This document shows, one piece after another, positions 28,814 through 39,279 of a stretch of DNA of 64,000 nucleotides. Within the stretch, counting starts at the first letter, position 1; every line of letters begins with the position of its first letter. The notes below the pieces were generated by a model. It was given only the letters and a program-made list of their open reading frames with translations, made no database searches and was not told the origin of the DNA. The DNA is from Anaerolineae bacterium (lineage in GTDB: Bacteria; Chloroflexota; Anaerolineae; B4-G1; DUEL01), in the NCBI GenBank assembly GCA_034434635.1, contig DAOTYX010000202.1, positions 11,829 through 75,828 of the forward strand. The letters run 5' to 3'. The translations under genes and the position numbers were made by a program.

Positions 28814-29787
28814 AGGAGATCCTCGTCCTCGAAGTCTTCCTCCTCTTCCTCTTCCTCATCGAAATCGAAGGGGAGGAGGAGTCCGCCCAGGTCGCCGTGG
28901 AGGAACTCCAGTTCACGCAGGGCTTCCCGTGCGGCCTGACGCATCGCCTCGTCTTCCACCTGCGCGCACAGACGCAGGACGCGCCGGGCCTCGTCCCCGC
29001 CGATCTGCCCCAGTGACCAGATGGTGGCCTCCCGTACCTCGGGATCGGTGTCGTTCACCAATCGCACCAGCCGGGGGATGGCCTCCTCGATAGCCAGTTC
29101 GCCGCAGGCGCGCGCGGCCTCGTAGCGCATCTCGGGATTGGTGGCAGAGAGTTGCTCCAGGACGCAGGAGGCCCAGCGCTCGTCGGCGCTGCGTCCCATG
29201 GCGAAGATGGCGCTGACGCGCATCTTCTCGTCGGGGTGTTGGTAGGCGGCGCCGATGAGCGCGGCGACCTCCCGCTTCCCGGAGTAGGCGAGCGATTCCA
29301 GCGCGCGTCGCCGCACTTCGGTCTGTTCGTCACTGGTGTGCGCTGTCAGGAGTCCCTGGTAGGCCTGGCGGTAGGGCTGCGGGCGGATCTTGCCCAGTTC
29401 GCCCATCAGCACGAAGCGCCCCAGTCCAATGGCCGCAGCCGCGCGCACCTCCGTGGCGGGGTCCTCGCGCAGCCGGGCGAGGAGAAGCGGGATCATGCGG
29501 ATGTCGTCTTCCTCCCACAACCCGTCCACGGCCACCTGCCGCACCGTCGCGTCGGGGTCTTCCAGGGCCATGCGGAACACCTCGCCGAAGTTGACCTCGA
29601 AGTCATCCTCGGCGATCTCCGCCAGGGCGGCAATCGTCCGTTGGCGGGTTTCCAACGGCAGGTCGAACCATACCGCCCGCACCTCGGCCATCTCTTCCTC
29701 TTCCAGGTTGGAGAGGTCGTACAGCCGGGCGCGTGGCAGTGACCCGCCGCGCAGTGTGGTGAGCAGGCTTTGCAGGGAGCGTCTCAT
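28810..29787 (-). CDS. HEAT/PBS-lyase-type repeat protein with a poly-acidic C-terminus
   Basis: Repeated xVRxxAxxALGxIG units (e.g. EVRAAAAIGLGRF, EVRRRALESLAYSG, EMRYEAARACGELA, EVREATIWSLGQIGG); C-terminal DFDEEEEEEEDFEDEDLL. The track ORF is trimmed to MRRSLQ at 29787, which has a 4-nt overlap with the rseP stop. Confidence 0.7.
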   Translation of the reverse strand: MRRSLQSLLTTLRGGSLPRARLYDLSNLEEEEMAEVRAVWFDLPLETRQRTIAALAEIAEDDFEVNFGEVFRMALEDPDATVRQVAVDGLWEEDDIRMIPLLLARLREDPATEVRAAAAIGLGRFVLMGELGKIRPQPYRQAYQGLLTAHTSDEQTEVRRRALESLAYSGKREVAALIGAAYQHPDEKMRVSAIFAMGRSADERWASCVLEQLSATNPEMRYEAARACGELAIEEAIPRLVRLVNDTDPEVREATIWSLGQIGGDEARRVLRLCAQVEDEAMRQAAREALRELEFLHGDLGGLLLPFDFDEEEEEEEDFEDEDLL

Positions 29788-31163
29788 CGTTGGAACAAGG
29801 ACCACGGGACGATAGGGTTGACAATGTCTATGGCGATGAGGATGAGCATCAGCGCGACCAGGATCGTCATCCCGATGAGGTGGATTTGCCCCTCCAGTTC
29901 GGGGCGTAATCGCCGCCCGCGGACGGCTTCGAGCAGCACGAACGCCGTTCGCCCGCCGTCGAGGCCGGGGAGCGGCAGCAGATTGGTCAACCCCAAGGCC
30001 AGGCTGGTGAGGGCGGCCATCTCCAGGGCGTACCACGGCAGTCGCTCCTCGACGCTCTGCTGAAGGGAGAGGGTGAGGACCTGACTGATGCCGACGATGC
30101 TGGCGGGGCGCACCTCGTTCGTGCTCACCTCGCCCTGGGCCAGCATTTCCGGCAGTTGGGCGATCATAAGGATGGTGTTCACCAGATACTGTCCCGACTG
30201 CGCCATCGCCCGCGGCAGGGGGTAACGGACGAGGCGGGTCGGGTCGTGTTCGACGGACATGTAGATGCCCAGCAGGACCTGGTCGCCCTCCCGGCGCGGG
30301 ATGGCGCTGAGAGTCAGCGGTGCGCCGTCGCGCTCGAGGGTCAGCGTCAGCGGGCGCCCGGCCGAGGACTGGATGATGGTGTGGAGGAGGTCTACCGCCT
30401 CCGTAGGGGTAGCGCCGGTGATGGGGGTGTCGGCAGCAGTGAGGACGATGTCGCCAGCCTGCAAGCCGGCCTCTTGCGCCGCGGAGCCCGTAACCACGTC
30501 GGTGATACGGATGCGGAACCCTTCGGGGTTACCTGCCATATAGGCAGCGGTCATGACGAGAAAAGCGGTCAGCAGGTTCAGAAGCGGGCCAGCCAGCAGC
30601 GTGGCGACCCGCCAGCGACGCGGCTGAGCAGCCAGGCTGCGCGGATCTTTGGCATCGTCCTCGCCGGTCATGCGCACGAACCCGCCGAAAAACAGGGCGT
30701 TGATGGAATAGCGGACGCCGGGGTCGTACTCGGTCAGGCTGCCGCGGAGGATGGCCTCGTCGCTCCCTTCCTGCGGGATCAGTACGGGCTCCTCCGGCGC
30801 GGAGTCTTCCGGGCAGCCTTCTCCGCATGTCTTCTGGGCGGGAGGCAGGCGACGCAGGCGCAGCAGCCGCCATGTGTCATCGGCCTCCCTGCGCACCATC
30901 GCTTCCACCTTCTCGCCGATGGTGAGGCCAATCGGGAGGGGCAGGCGGCCCGGCACCGCGATCGGGACGGGGCCGATCCTCAGCGTTCCCGGTTCGCCGG
31001 CCAAGATCCACAGACGGGGTGGGAAGCCCAGGCCGAACTCCTCGACGCGGACACCCGCACGACGCGCGGTCAGGAAGTGGCCGAGTTCGTGAATCAGGAT
31101 CATCGGTCCCAGGATAATGATGAAAGTTGCGGCAAACCACGCCGCCGTCACGAGTATGTCCAT
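29784..31163 (-). CDS. rseP: site-2 protease RseP (M50 family) with a PDZ domain
   Basis: HExxH in TM helix 1 (MILIHELGHFLTA), a PDZ segment (GSAAQEAGLQAGDIVLTAADTPI), C-terminal LDGG motif (LPLPGLDGGR); GGAG RBS before the ATG at 31163. Confidence 0.8.
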   Translation of the reverse strand: MDILVTAAWFAATFIIILGPMILIHELGHFLTARRAGVRVEEFGLGFPPRLWILAGEPGTLRIGPVPIAVPGRLPLPIGLTIGEKVEAMVRREADDTWRLLRLRRLPPAQKTCGEGCPEDSAPEEPVLIPQEGSDEAILRGSLTEYDPGVRYSINALFFGGFVRMTGEDDAKDPRSLAAQPRRWRVATLLAGPLLNLLTAFLVMTAAYMAGNPEGFRIRITDVVTGSAAQEAGLQAGDIVLTAADTPITGATPTEAVDLLHTIIQSSAGRPLTLTLERDGAPLTLSAIPRREGDQVLLGIYMSVEHDPTRLVRYPLPRAMAQSGQYLVNTILMIAQLPEMLAQGEVSTNEVRPASIVGISQVLTLSLQQSVEERLPWYALEMAALTSLALGLTNLLPLPGLDGGRTAFVLLEAVRGRRLRPELEGQIHLIGMTILVALMLILIAIDIVNPIVPWSLFQR

Positions 31164-31236
31164 TCGACTCCTTACCAGGCTTTCTGCCCTCAAAGCCATT
31201 ATACCGCACAGACGGCTTCCTGAAAAGCGAGGGTGT

Positions 31237-31265
31237 TTGACAGAACTGCCCGCCCCGGCTATAAT
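31237..31265 (+). promoter_or_regulatory. near-consensus promoter of secDF (TTGACA-N17-TATAAT)
   Basis: gtgtTTGACAgaactgcccgccccggcTATAATcg, 40 nt upstream of the secD ATG. Confidence 0.65.
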
Positions 31266-31305
31266 CGCCCCGTTTGAAATCTCCCTGAGGGGGCGCATAC
31301 AGACC

Positions 31306-32850
<1,545 letters not shown>

Positions 32851-32864
32851 CAAGCGAGGAAGAT

Positions 32865-33791
32865 ATGTTCAACATCGTTGAGAAGCGACGCTGGTACTTC
32901 CTGATAGCCGGTCTTGCCATCCTGTTGGGCATCGCGGCGATGGTTGTGAGCACGGTGCGCTTCGGTTCGCCCGTGCGGTTGAGCATTGACTTCACCGGTG
33001 GAAGCCTGTTCGTCTTCCACTTCGATGGTCCGGCGGACGAGGCCGCAGTGCGCGCCGTGCTGGCCGACCATGGCCTTTCCGAGGCTATCGTGCAGCGGCT
33101 GGGGCGAGAGGAGGAGAATACCTGGCAGGTGCGCACCCGCGAGGCCGCGGCCAATGAGGTGCGCGACCTGCTGAACGATATGGAGGCGCGGGTGGCCCCC
33201 CTGAACCGCGACCTGCTGACCTATGAGACGGTATCCCCGATGGTCGGCGGCGAGGTGACGCGCGCGGCGGGGATTGCCCTGCTGGTCTCCGCCACCATCA
33301 TCATCGCCTTCATCTGGTGGTCCTTCCGCCGTGTCCCGCATGCCTTCCGCTACGGCGTGGCGGCGATCGCGGCGATGCTGAACGCGGTGTTCATCGCCTT
33401 CGGTTTCTATGCCCTGATGGGGGTTCTGAGCGGTTGGGAGGTGGACGCCCTCTTCCTGACTGCTCTTCTCACTGTCACCGCTTTCTCGGTGCAGGACACC
33501 ATCGTGGTCTTCGACCGCATCCGCGAGAACCTGCCGCGCTATCGGAACGAGCCGTTCGAGCGCGTGGTCAACCGCTCCATCCTGGAGACGATCCACCGTT
33601 CTCTGGCCACCCAGTTGAACGCCATCTTCGTGATGATCGCCATCATCCTGTTTGGCGGGGAGACGATTCGGCCGTTCATCGCCACCATGCTGGTCGGTCT
33701 GGTGGCGGGGACCCTCTCGTCCATCTTCGTCGCGGTGCCGTTGGTGGTGGCGTGGGAACTGGCGACGCGCCGCCGTGCGGCGGCTGTTTGA
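32865..33791 (+). CDS. secF: protein translocase subunit SecF
   Basis: MFNIVEKRRWYFLIAGLAILLGIAAMVV, IDFTGGSLF, conserved membrane domain; 308 aa; immediately downstream of secD. Confidence 0.9.
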   Translation: MFNIVEKRRWYFLIAGLAILLGIAAMVVSTVRFGSPVRLSIDFTGGSLFVFHFDGPADEAAVRAVLADHGLSEAIVQRLGREEENTWQVRTREAAANEVRDLLNDMEARVAPLNRDLLTYETVSPMVGGEVTRAAGIALLVSATIIIAFIWWSFRRVPHAFRYGVAAIAAMLNAVFIAFGFYALMGVLSGWEVDALFLTALLTVTAFSVQDTIVVFDRIRENLPRYRNEPFERVVNRSILETIHRSLATQLNAIFVMIAIILFGGETIRPFIATMLVGLVAGTLSSIFVAVPLVVAWELATRRRAAAV

Positions 33792-33794
33792 CCT

Positions 33795-33822
33795 TTGACT
33801 TTCCTGCCGCCTGTGCTACAAT
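33795..33822 (+). promoter_or_regulatory. candidate promoter (TTGACT-N16-TACAAT) for the first DUF4870 gene
   Basis: Starts 4 nt after the secF stop. The leader contains the hairpin TGATGCCA...TGGCATCA whose 3' arm abuts the AGGAGGG RBS. Confidence 0.5.
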
Positions 33823-33879
33823 GGTCTTGATGCCACGGGTCGAGCCCATGTTGCCGGTTGGCATCAGGAGGGTACACAA

Positions 33880-34344
33880 ATGAAAGCGCCAGCGTCTGCT
33901 GTGCCTGCGCCTGCGCCGGTGCAGGTTCCCCCGCCACTCTCGGCGAATGAGGAGCGCACTTGGGCGATGCTGGCCCACCTGAGCATCTTGCTCAACCTGA
34001 TCTCCGGCGGCATCGGCTTGCTGTTGGCGTTGGTCATCTACCTGGTCTTCCAGAACCGTTCCCGCTACGTGGCCTACCACGGCCTGCAGTCCTTCTTCTT
34101 CCAACTCGTCTTCTGGATCGGGGGTGGCCTCCTGACCGCCATCGCCTGGACGGTCAGCGGCTTGCTGTCGGTGGTACTGATTGGGCTGTGCCTGATGCCC
34201 TTTGCCCTGCTGGTCACCCTGATCCCTGCCGCGGCGGTGATCTACGGCATCGTCGGCGGGGTGCAGTGCAGCCAGGGGCAGGACTTCCGCTACTGGCTGG
34301 TCGGCGACTGGGTGCGCGGCACGCTGGTCGGCGAGCAGACTTGA
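33880..34344 (+). CDS. DUF4870-family small membrane protein
   Basis: Pro/Ala-rich N-terminus, then ERTWAMLAHLSILLNLISGGIGLL... with 3-4 TM helices, the hallmark of the DUF4870 (YIP/TM2-like) family. Confidence 0.6.
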   Translation: MKAPASAVPAPAPVQVPPPLSANEERTWAMLAHLSILLNLISGGIGLLLALVIYLVFQNRSRYVAYHGLQSFFFQLVFWIGGGLLTAIAWTVSGLLSVVLIGLCLMPFALLVTLIPAAAVIYGIVGGVQCSQGQDFRYWLVGDWVRGTLVGEQT

Positions 34345-34368
34345 CAGTCACCGCAATAAGAGTACAAT
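34341..34368 (+). promoter_or_regulatory. near-consensus promoter (TTGACA-N16-TACAAT) for the second DUF4870 gene
   Basis: The -35 overlaps the stop codon of the upstream paralogue. The 78-nt leader contains the GGGCGA-cuagggu-UCGCCC hairpin. Confidence 0.6.
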
Positions 34369-34446
34369 AGCCTAAAGCAGGGGGCGACTAGGGTTCGCCC
34401 GACCGCTGTACCACTCAAAAACTCAGGAGTAAAGGAGAGGCAAAAA

Positions 34447-34764
34447 ATGGCAGAAGGAGTCTTTCCCTCGGGCGACGTCACCTCCGACGACAAGCTTTGG
34501 GCCCTTCTCAGCTGGCTGTTCTGGCCCGTGGCCCTGGTCATGCTGCTGATGGACGAGAAGAAGCAGCGGCCCTTCATCAAGTATAACGCCGTCCAGTCCC
34601 TGGCTTACGCTGTCCCCTGGTACGTGATCGGCTTCATCACCGTCGGTTGCGCCCTGGTTGCGGGCGCGGTCTACGCGATCATCCTGGGCGTCAAGGCCTA
34701 CAAGGGGGAGTGGGTGACGGTTCCGGTCATCACCGACTTCTGCAAGAAGCAGGGCTGGATCTGA
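34447..34764 (+). CDS. DUF4870-family small membrane protein (paralogue)
   Basis: DKLWALLSWLFWPVALVMLLMDEKKQRPFIKYNAVQSLAY... same topology as the upstream gene; 105 aa. Confidence 0.6.
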   Translation: MAEGVFPSGDVTSDDKLWALLSWLFWPVALVMLLMDEKKQRPFIKYNAVQSLAYAVPWYVIGFITVGCALVAGAVYAIILGVKAYKGEWVTVPVITDFCKKQGWI

Positions 34765-34780
34765 TCACAGAACGTGCACG

Positions 34781-34812
34781 GAAGCCCCTCCTTACCTGGA
34801 GGGGCTTTTCCT
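34781..34812 (+). terminator. intrinsic terminator
   Basis: GAAGCCCCTCC-ttacct-GGAGGGGCTT followed by TTCCTTG, 17 nt after the DUF4870 stop. The cleanest Rho-independent terminator in the window. Confidence 0.75.
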
Positions 34813-34868
34813 TGTCTCCAACCTGTCTACTGCTGACCACTCGTTTTGTCTAGAGGAGGGGTTCTGAC

Positions 34869-36596
34869 GTGCCGATTCCATTCCGATATTGGCGGGTCGC
34901 TGAGCCCGCCCCCGATGCCTACGTCAGGCTGTTCCCCGATTTGCATCCTCTGGTCGTGCAGGTGCTCTACAACCGGAAACTGAGCGATCCTGCCGTGGTG
35001 GCCGACTTTCTGTCGGGTCACTTCGCGCCGGACGACCCCTTTCTCCTGCGGGGGATGGAGCAGGCGGTGGCGCGGTTGCGCCGCGCTATCGGCGCGCAGG
35101 AGCCGATCGCCGTCTACGGCGACTTCGACGCTGATGGTGTCACCGCTACAGCGCTTCTGGTGGTCACCCTGCGGGCGTTGGGCGGGCAGGTGCTCCCCTA
35201 CATCCCTCACCGCGTGGACGAGGGGTACGGCCTGCACTGCGAGGCGCTCTCGGAACTGGCTGCCCAGGGTGTGCGCGTCGTGGTCACCGTGGACTGTGGG
35301 GTGCGTTCCCTCGACGAGGTCGCCCACGCCCGGCGGCTGGGAATGGACGTGATCGTCACTGACCACCATCAGCCGGGAGCGCGCCTGCCGGAGGCGCTGG
35401 CGGTGATTGACCCGCGCCAACCGGGCTGTTCCTATCCTTATCCGCACCTGGCTGGCGTCGGCCTGGCTTACAAACTGGCCCAGGCCCTCCTGCGCACCAG
35501 CGACCCGACGTTGCCTGTGCGGACGCCGGACCTCCAGGAAGAGGATCTGTTGGACCTGGTGGCCCTGGGCACGGTGGCGGACCTGGCTCCACTGACCGGC
35601 GAAAACCGGGCCCTGGTTATCCGCGGCTTGCAGCGGATCAACACCCACCCCCGGCCAGGGGTAGAAGCGCTGGTGCGCCAGGCCGGCCTCCGTGCGGGAT
35701 CGGTCAACGCGACGGTGATCGGCTACGTCTTGGGACCGCGCCTGAACGCCGCCGGCCGCATCGCCCACGCGGACATCGCCTACCGCCTGCTGACTGCCGA
35801 GGAACCGACCGAGGCCGAGATGCTGGCGCAGCAGCTGGATGAATTGAACCGCGAGCGGCAACGACGGACGCTGGAAGCCTACGAGCGCGCGCGCGAGATG
35901 CTCCTTGCCCGGTCCGGGGACCTGTCACTGTTGTTCCTGGCCGACGCTGACCTGCCCTCCGGTGTGGCCGGCCTGGTGGCCTCGCGGCTGGCAGAGGAGT
36001 TCTACCGGCCCGCGGTGATCGTCGAGCGGGGGGAGGATGAGAGCCGCGGCTCTGCCCGCTCGATCCCCGAGTTCCACATCACCCGGGCGCTGGATGCCTG
36101 CGCTGACCTGCTCATCCGCCATGGCGGTCACGCCGCCGCTGGCGGGTTCACCTGCCGGACCCATAACCTTCCTGAGTTGCAGGAGCGGCTCCAATCTCTG
36201 GCGGTGGGGGAACTGGGCGGCCGGGAACTGTCCCCCTGCCTGCACGCCGACGCCGAGGTCCACCTCAGGGAGATGGACTGGCGACTGGGGAGCGAACTGC
36301 AGCGGTTGCAGCCTTTCGGCGAGGGGAACGCTGAGCCGCTCTTCGTCAGCCGTAACGTCGAGGTGCGCTACTGTCGTGCTGTGGGGGCCGATGGGGTTCA
36401 CCTGAAGATGCTTCTCTCCGACGGCCGGGTGGTGTGGGATAGCATCGCCTTCCGCCAGGGGGAGTGGGCGGACAAGCTGCCCGACCGGGTGGATGTGGCC
36501 TATCATCTGCAGTTCAACGAGTGGAACGGCGAGCGACGGCTGCAGCTGAACGTCCAGGACATCCGCCCCGCTGGCTGGGAGGAGGATTTCGCGTGA
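34869..36596 (+). CDS. recJ: single-stranded-DNA-specific exonuclease RecJ
   Basis: GTG start after a GAGGAGGGG RBS; DHH motifs (AVYGDFDADGVTATALL, VTDHHQPG), DHHA1 and a C-terminal OB region; 575 aa. Confidence 0.9.
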   Translation: MPIPFRYWRVAEPAPDAYVRLFPDLHPLVVQVLYNRKLSDPAVVADFLSGHFAPDDPFLLRGMEQAVARLRRAIGAQEPIAVYGDFDADGVTATALLVVTLRALGGQVLPYIPHRVDEGYGLHCEALSELAAQGVRVVVTVDCGVRSLDEVAHARRLGMDVIVTDHHQPGARLPEALAVIDPRQPGCSYPYPHLAGVGLAYKLAQALLRTSDPTLPVRTPDLQEEDLLDLVALGTVADLAPLTGENRALVIRGLQRINTHPRPGVEALVRQAGLRAGSVNATVIGYVLGPRLNAAGRIAHADIAYRLLTAEEPTEAEMLAQQLDELNRERQRRTLEAYERAREMLLARSGDLSLLFLADADLPSGVAGLVASRLAEEFYRPAVIVERGEDESRGSARSIPEFHITRALDACADLLIRHGGHAAAGGFTCRTHNLPELQERLQSLAVGELGGRELSPCLHADAEVHLREMDWRLGSELQRLQPFGEGNAEPLFVSRNVEVRYCRAVGADGVHLKMLLSDGRVVWDSIAFRQGEWADKLPDRVDVAYHLQFNEWNGERRLQLNVQDIRPAGWEEDFA

Positions 36597-37543
36597 GGGT
36601 GCTGGTCACTGGCGCGGCGGGGTTCATCGGCAGCCATGTAGCCGAGACGCTCCTGGCACGTGGCGATACGGTCACCGGGCTGGATAACTTCGACGATTTC
36701 TACAGCCCGGCGCGCAAGCGGGCCAATATCGCCCTGCTCACCCCCAATCCCCGTTTCTCCTTCCACCAGGCTGACGTGCGGGATGCCGATACGATAGAGC
36801 GAATCTGCGCCCAGGGCGGCTTCGATGTTGTGGTTCACCTGGCGGCGATGGCCAACGTGCGCTACTCTATCACCCGGGCGCCGCTCTATGTGGATGTCAA
36901 TGTGCGCGGTACGGTCAACCTGCTAGAGGGAGCGCGTAAGGCCGGCACGCCGCACTTCGTCTTCGCCTCTACCTCCTCTGTCTACGGGCGCACCGAGCGG
37001 CTGCCCTTCCGTGAGGATGACCCGCTGGGCCGTCCGCTGGCCCCTTATCCGGCGACCAAGATCGCCGGTGAGGTGATGGGCCACGCCTATCACAACATGT
37101 TCGACCTCTCCTTCACTGCGTTGCGCTTCTTCTCCGTCTACGGCCCGCGCGGCCGGCCTGACATGATGCCCTATCACATCACCCGGTGCGTCGCGCAGGG
37201 GGAGGAGTTCGCCCTCTACAACGGTGGGGAGATGTACCGGGACTGGACCTACATCGCCGATATCGTCGCCGGAGTGGTCGCCGCGGCGGACCGGCCGATG
37301 GGCTTCGAGGTGATCAACCTGGGGCGGGGCGAACCGGTGCGCATGGCCGATTTCGTCGAGATGATCGAAGGGCTGGTGGGGCGACCGGCGCGCATGACCG
37401 CTCCCCCGGCCCCGCCTAGCGAGCCGCCCATCACCTTTGCCGACATCTCTAAAGCCCGCCGTTTGCTCGACTACAACCCACAGACGCCGGTAGCGGAAGG
37501 GATGCGGCGGTTCTGGGAGTGGCTGCAGGCCCATGACCAATGA
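36593..37543 (+). CDS. NAD-dependent epimerase/dehydratase (UDP-sugar 4-epimerase-like SDR)
   Basis: GTG start overlapping the recJ stop (GTGA); VLVTGAAGFIGSHV Rossmann motif, YxxxK catalytic pair region. The C-terminal codons (AHDQ) and stop lie in a CAATGA(C/T)C repeat. Confidence 0.85.
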   Translation: MRVLVTGAAGFIGSHVAETLLARGDTVTGLDNFDDFYSPARKRANIALLTPNPRFSFHQADVRDADTIERICAQGGFDVVVHLAAMANVRYSITRAPLYVDVNVRGTVNLLEGARKAGTPHFVFASTSSVYGRTERLPFREDDPLGRPLAPYPATKIAGEVMGHAYHNMFDLSFTALRFFSVYGPRGRPDMMPYHITRCVAQGEEFALYNGGEMYRDWTYIADIVAGVVAAADRPMGFEVINLGRGEPVRMADFVEMIEGLVGRPARMTAPPAPPSEPPITFADISKARRLLDYNPQTPVAEGMRRFWEWLQAHDQ

Positions 37544-37568
37544 CCCATGATCAATGATCAATGACCAG
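37533..37568. repeat. CAATGA(C/T)C tandem repeat
   Basis: atgaccaatgacccatgatcaatgatcaatgaccagg spans the epimerase stop and the next gene's start codon. A reverse-complement copy (cattggccattgcccattggtcat) lies at about 37640-37670, inside the next CDS's 5' end. Confidence 0.8.
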
Positions 37569-39279
37569 GGATACCATGTTCTGTCGTCTGTTCCGTCGTT
37601 CATCGTCTATTTACTCATGGCTCGTTCTCCCGTTGTTCATTCTGCATGGTTCATTGGCCATTGCCCATTGGTCATCCCCTCCCCCTCCTGACCCGCGCTT
37701 TGGGGCGGTAGAGGCCTTTCGTGACCCGGTCGCGGCGGCTGAGGCCGGGGTGGGTTGGGAACGCATCCTCTTCTACTGGTCGGAACTGCAACCCAACGGC
37801 CCGGATGACTGGAACTCCTCCCACGTCCCCGAAGAATGGCTGAATCTGGCGGCCAGCGCCGGCCGGGAAGTGGTCGGCCTGCTGAAGAGCACCCCCGCCT
37901 GGGCCACCGATGGCCCACCTTTTTGTGGCGTGCCGCGCGGATTGGACCTGCCGGTGGACGATCCCGGCAACCTGTGGGCCACCTTCGTCCGGCGTGTGGT
38001 GGGCATGTACGCGGGACGGGTCAACCATTGGATCGTCTGGAACGAGCCGGACATTGCCCCCGGCTCTTTCGGTGTCGAGTGGTGCGGTTCGGTGGAGGAG
38101 TACTACCGCCTTCTCCAGGTGACCTATCTGGCGGCTCACCAGGCCAACCCCGATGCAGTGATCCACCTCGGCGCGCTGACCTTCTGGCACGACCGCACCT
38201 ACCTGCGCCGCTTCCTGGAGGTGGCGACGCAGGATTCCACCGGCGCGGAGCACGGCTACTACTTCGATGTCGTGACGCTCCACATCTACTTCCAGACCGA
38301 GAGCGTTCCCTACGTCATCAACGAGACCCGCGCCGCACTGAACGCTTTCGGGGTGCGAAAGCCCATCTGGGTCAATGAGACCAACGCCGCCTCCAACTCT
38401 GATCCGCCGTACTGGGAACTGCCGGAGGCCAACTTCAACATCACCCTGCAGGAACAGGCATCTTTCCTGCTGCAGTCCTTCGCCCTGGCCCTGGCTTCCG
38501 GAGCGGAGCGCGTCGCGGTGTACCGCTGGGTGGACCACGAACCGCAGCCCGGTGTCGAGCCGAACGGCCTGATCCGCCTGGACGGCAGTCGTCGCCCGGC
38601 CTATGATGCCTATCGGCTGATCACAACCTACTACTCCGGGATGACTTCCGCCCGCGCTCGCAGCGAGCCGCTCTTCTACCAGGTGACGTTGGGCCGGGGT
38701 GGGCAGACGACCCGCGTCCTCTGGGCGCGCACGGCCACGACGGTGACGGTGGCCGTGCCGGCGTTGGCGGATGAGGGGCTGTTGGTGGCGCAGAGCGGGG
38801 TCACCCAGACGGTGCGGCCAGTCGAGGGGGTCTATACGCTGGTCCTTCCCGGGGCGCGCTGCGCGGACAGCCGCGGCTGCATCATCGGCGGGCCGACCTT
38901 CCTGCTGGTCGAGGCGGGGTCGGGCGACCCCGGCCGCTCCTGGGTGGTGGAAACTGGCGAACCGGCCCCCGTGTCGCCGATCGCCACACCGCTTCCGGGG
39001 GATGCCTCGCCGTTGCCCACTCCGATCATTGTGCCGACGCCGACGCTGACTCCCACTCCTACCCCCACTTCTACGCCGACGCCGACCCCTCCTCCCACGC
39101 CGACCCCGACGGTGACGCCGATTCCGACACCCAGCCCCACCTTCACACCACCGCCGACGGCTACGCCCGCCTGGTTGTTGGGGGCTGCCGGTGTCCAGGG
39201 GGCATCCCTTCTGCTGCCGGTACTTCTGGTCGTGTTGTTGCTGGGGGTGGGCGCGCTGGCTTCGCGCTCGCGTCGCTAG
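37561..39279 (+). CDS. secreted, membrane-anchored glycoside-hydrolase-like TIM-barrel protein (GH5/GH39-like), with a PT linker and C-terminal TM
   Basis: IVWNEPD and VNETN segments match the acid/base and nucleophile Glu contexts of clan GH-A hydrolases. C-terminal PTPTLTPTPTPTSTPTPTPPPTPTPT linker then LLLPVLLVVLLLGVGALA anchor. The N-terminus overlaps a repeat, so the start is uncertain. Confidence 0.6.
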   Translation: MTRDTMFCRLFRRSSSIYSWLVLPLFILHGSLAIAHWSSPPPPDPRFGAVEAFRDPVAAAEAGVGWERILFYWSELQPNGPDDWNSSHVPEEWLNLAASAGREVVGLLKSTPAWATDGPPFCGVPRGLDLPVDDPGNLWATFVRRVVGMYAGRVNHWIVWNEPDIAPGSFGVEWCGSVEEYYRLLQVTYLAAHQANPDAVIHLGALTFWHDRTYLRRFLEVATQDSTGAEHGYYFDVVTLHIYFQTESVPYVINETRAALNAFGVRKPIWVNETNAASNSDPPYWELPEANFNITLQEQASFLLQSFALALASGAERVAVYRWVDHEPQPGVEPNGLIRLDGSRRPAYDAYRLITTYYSGMTSARARSEPLFYQVTLGRGGQTTRVLWARTATTVTVAVPALADEGLLVAQSGVTQTVRPVEGVYTLVLPGARCADSRGCIIGGPTFLLVEAGSGDPGRSWVVETGEPAPVSPIATPLPGDASPLPTPIIVPTPTLTPTPTPTSTPTPTPPPTPTPTVTPIPTPSPTFTPPPTATPAWLLGAAGVQGASLLLPVLLVVLLLGVGALASRSRR

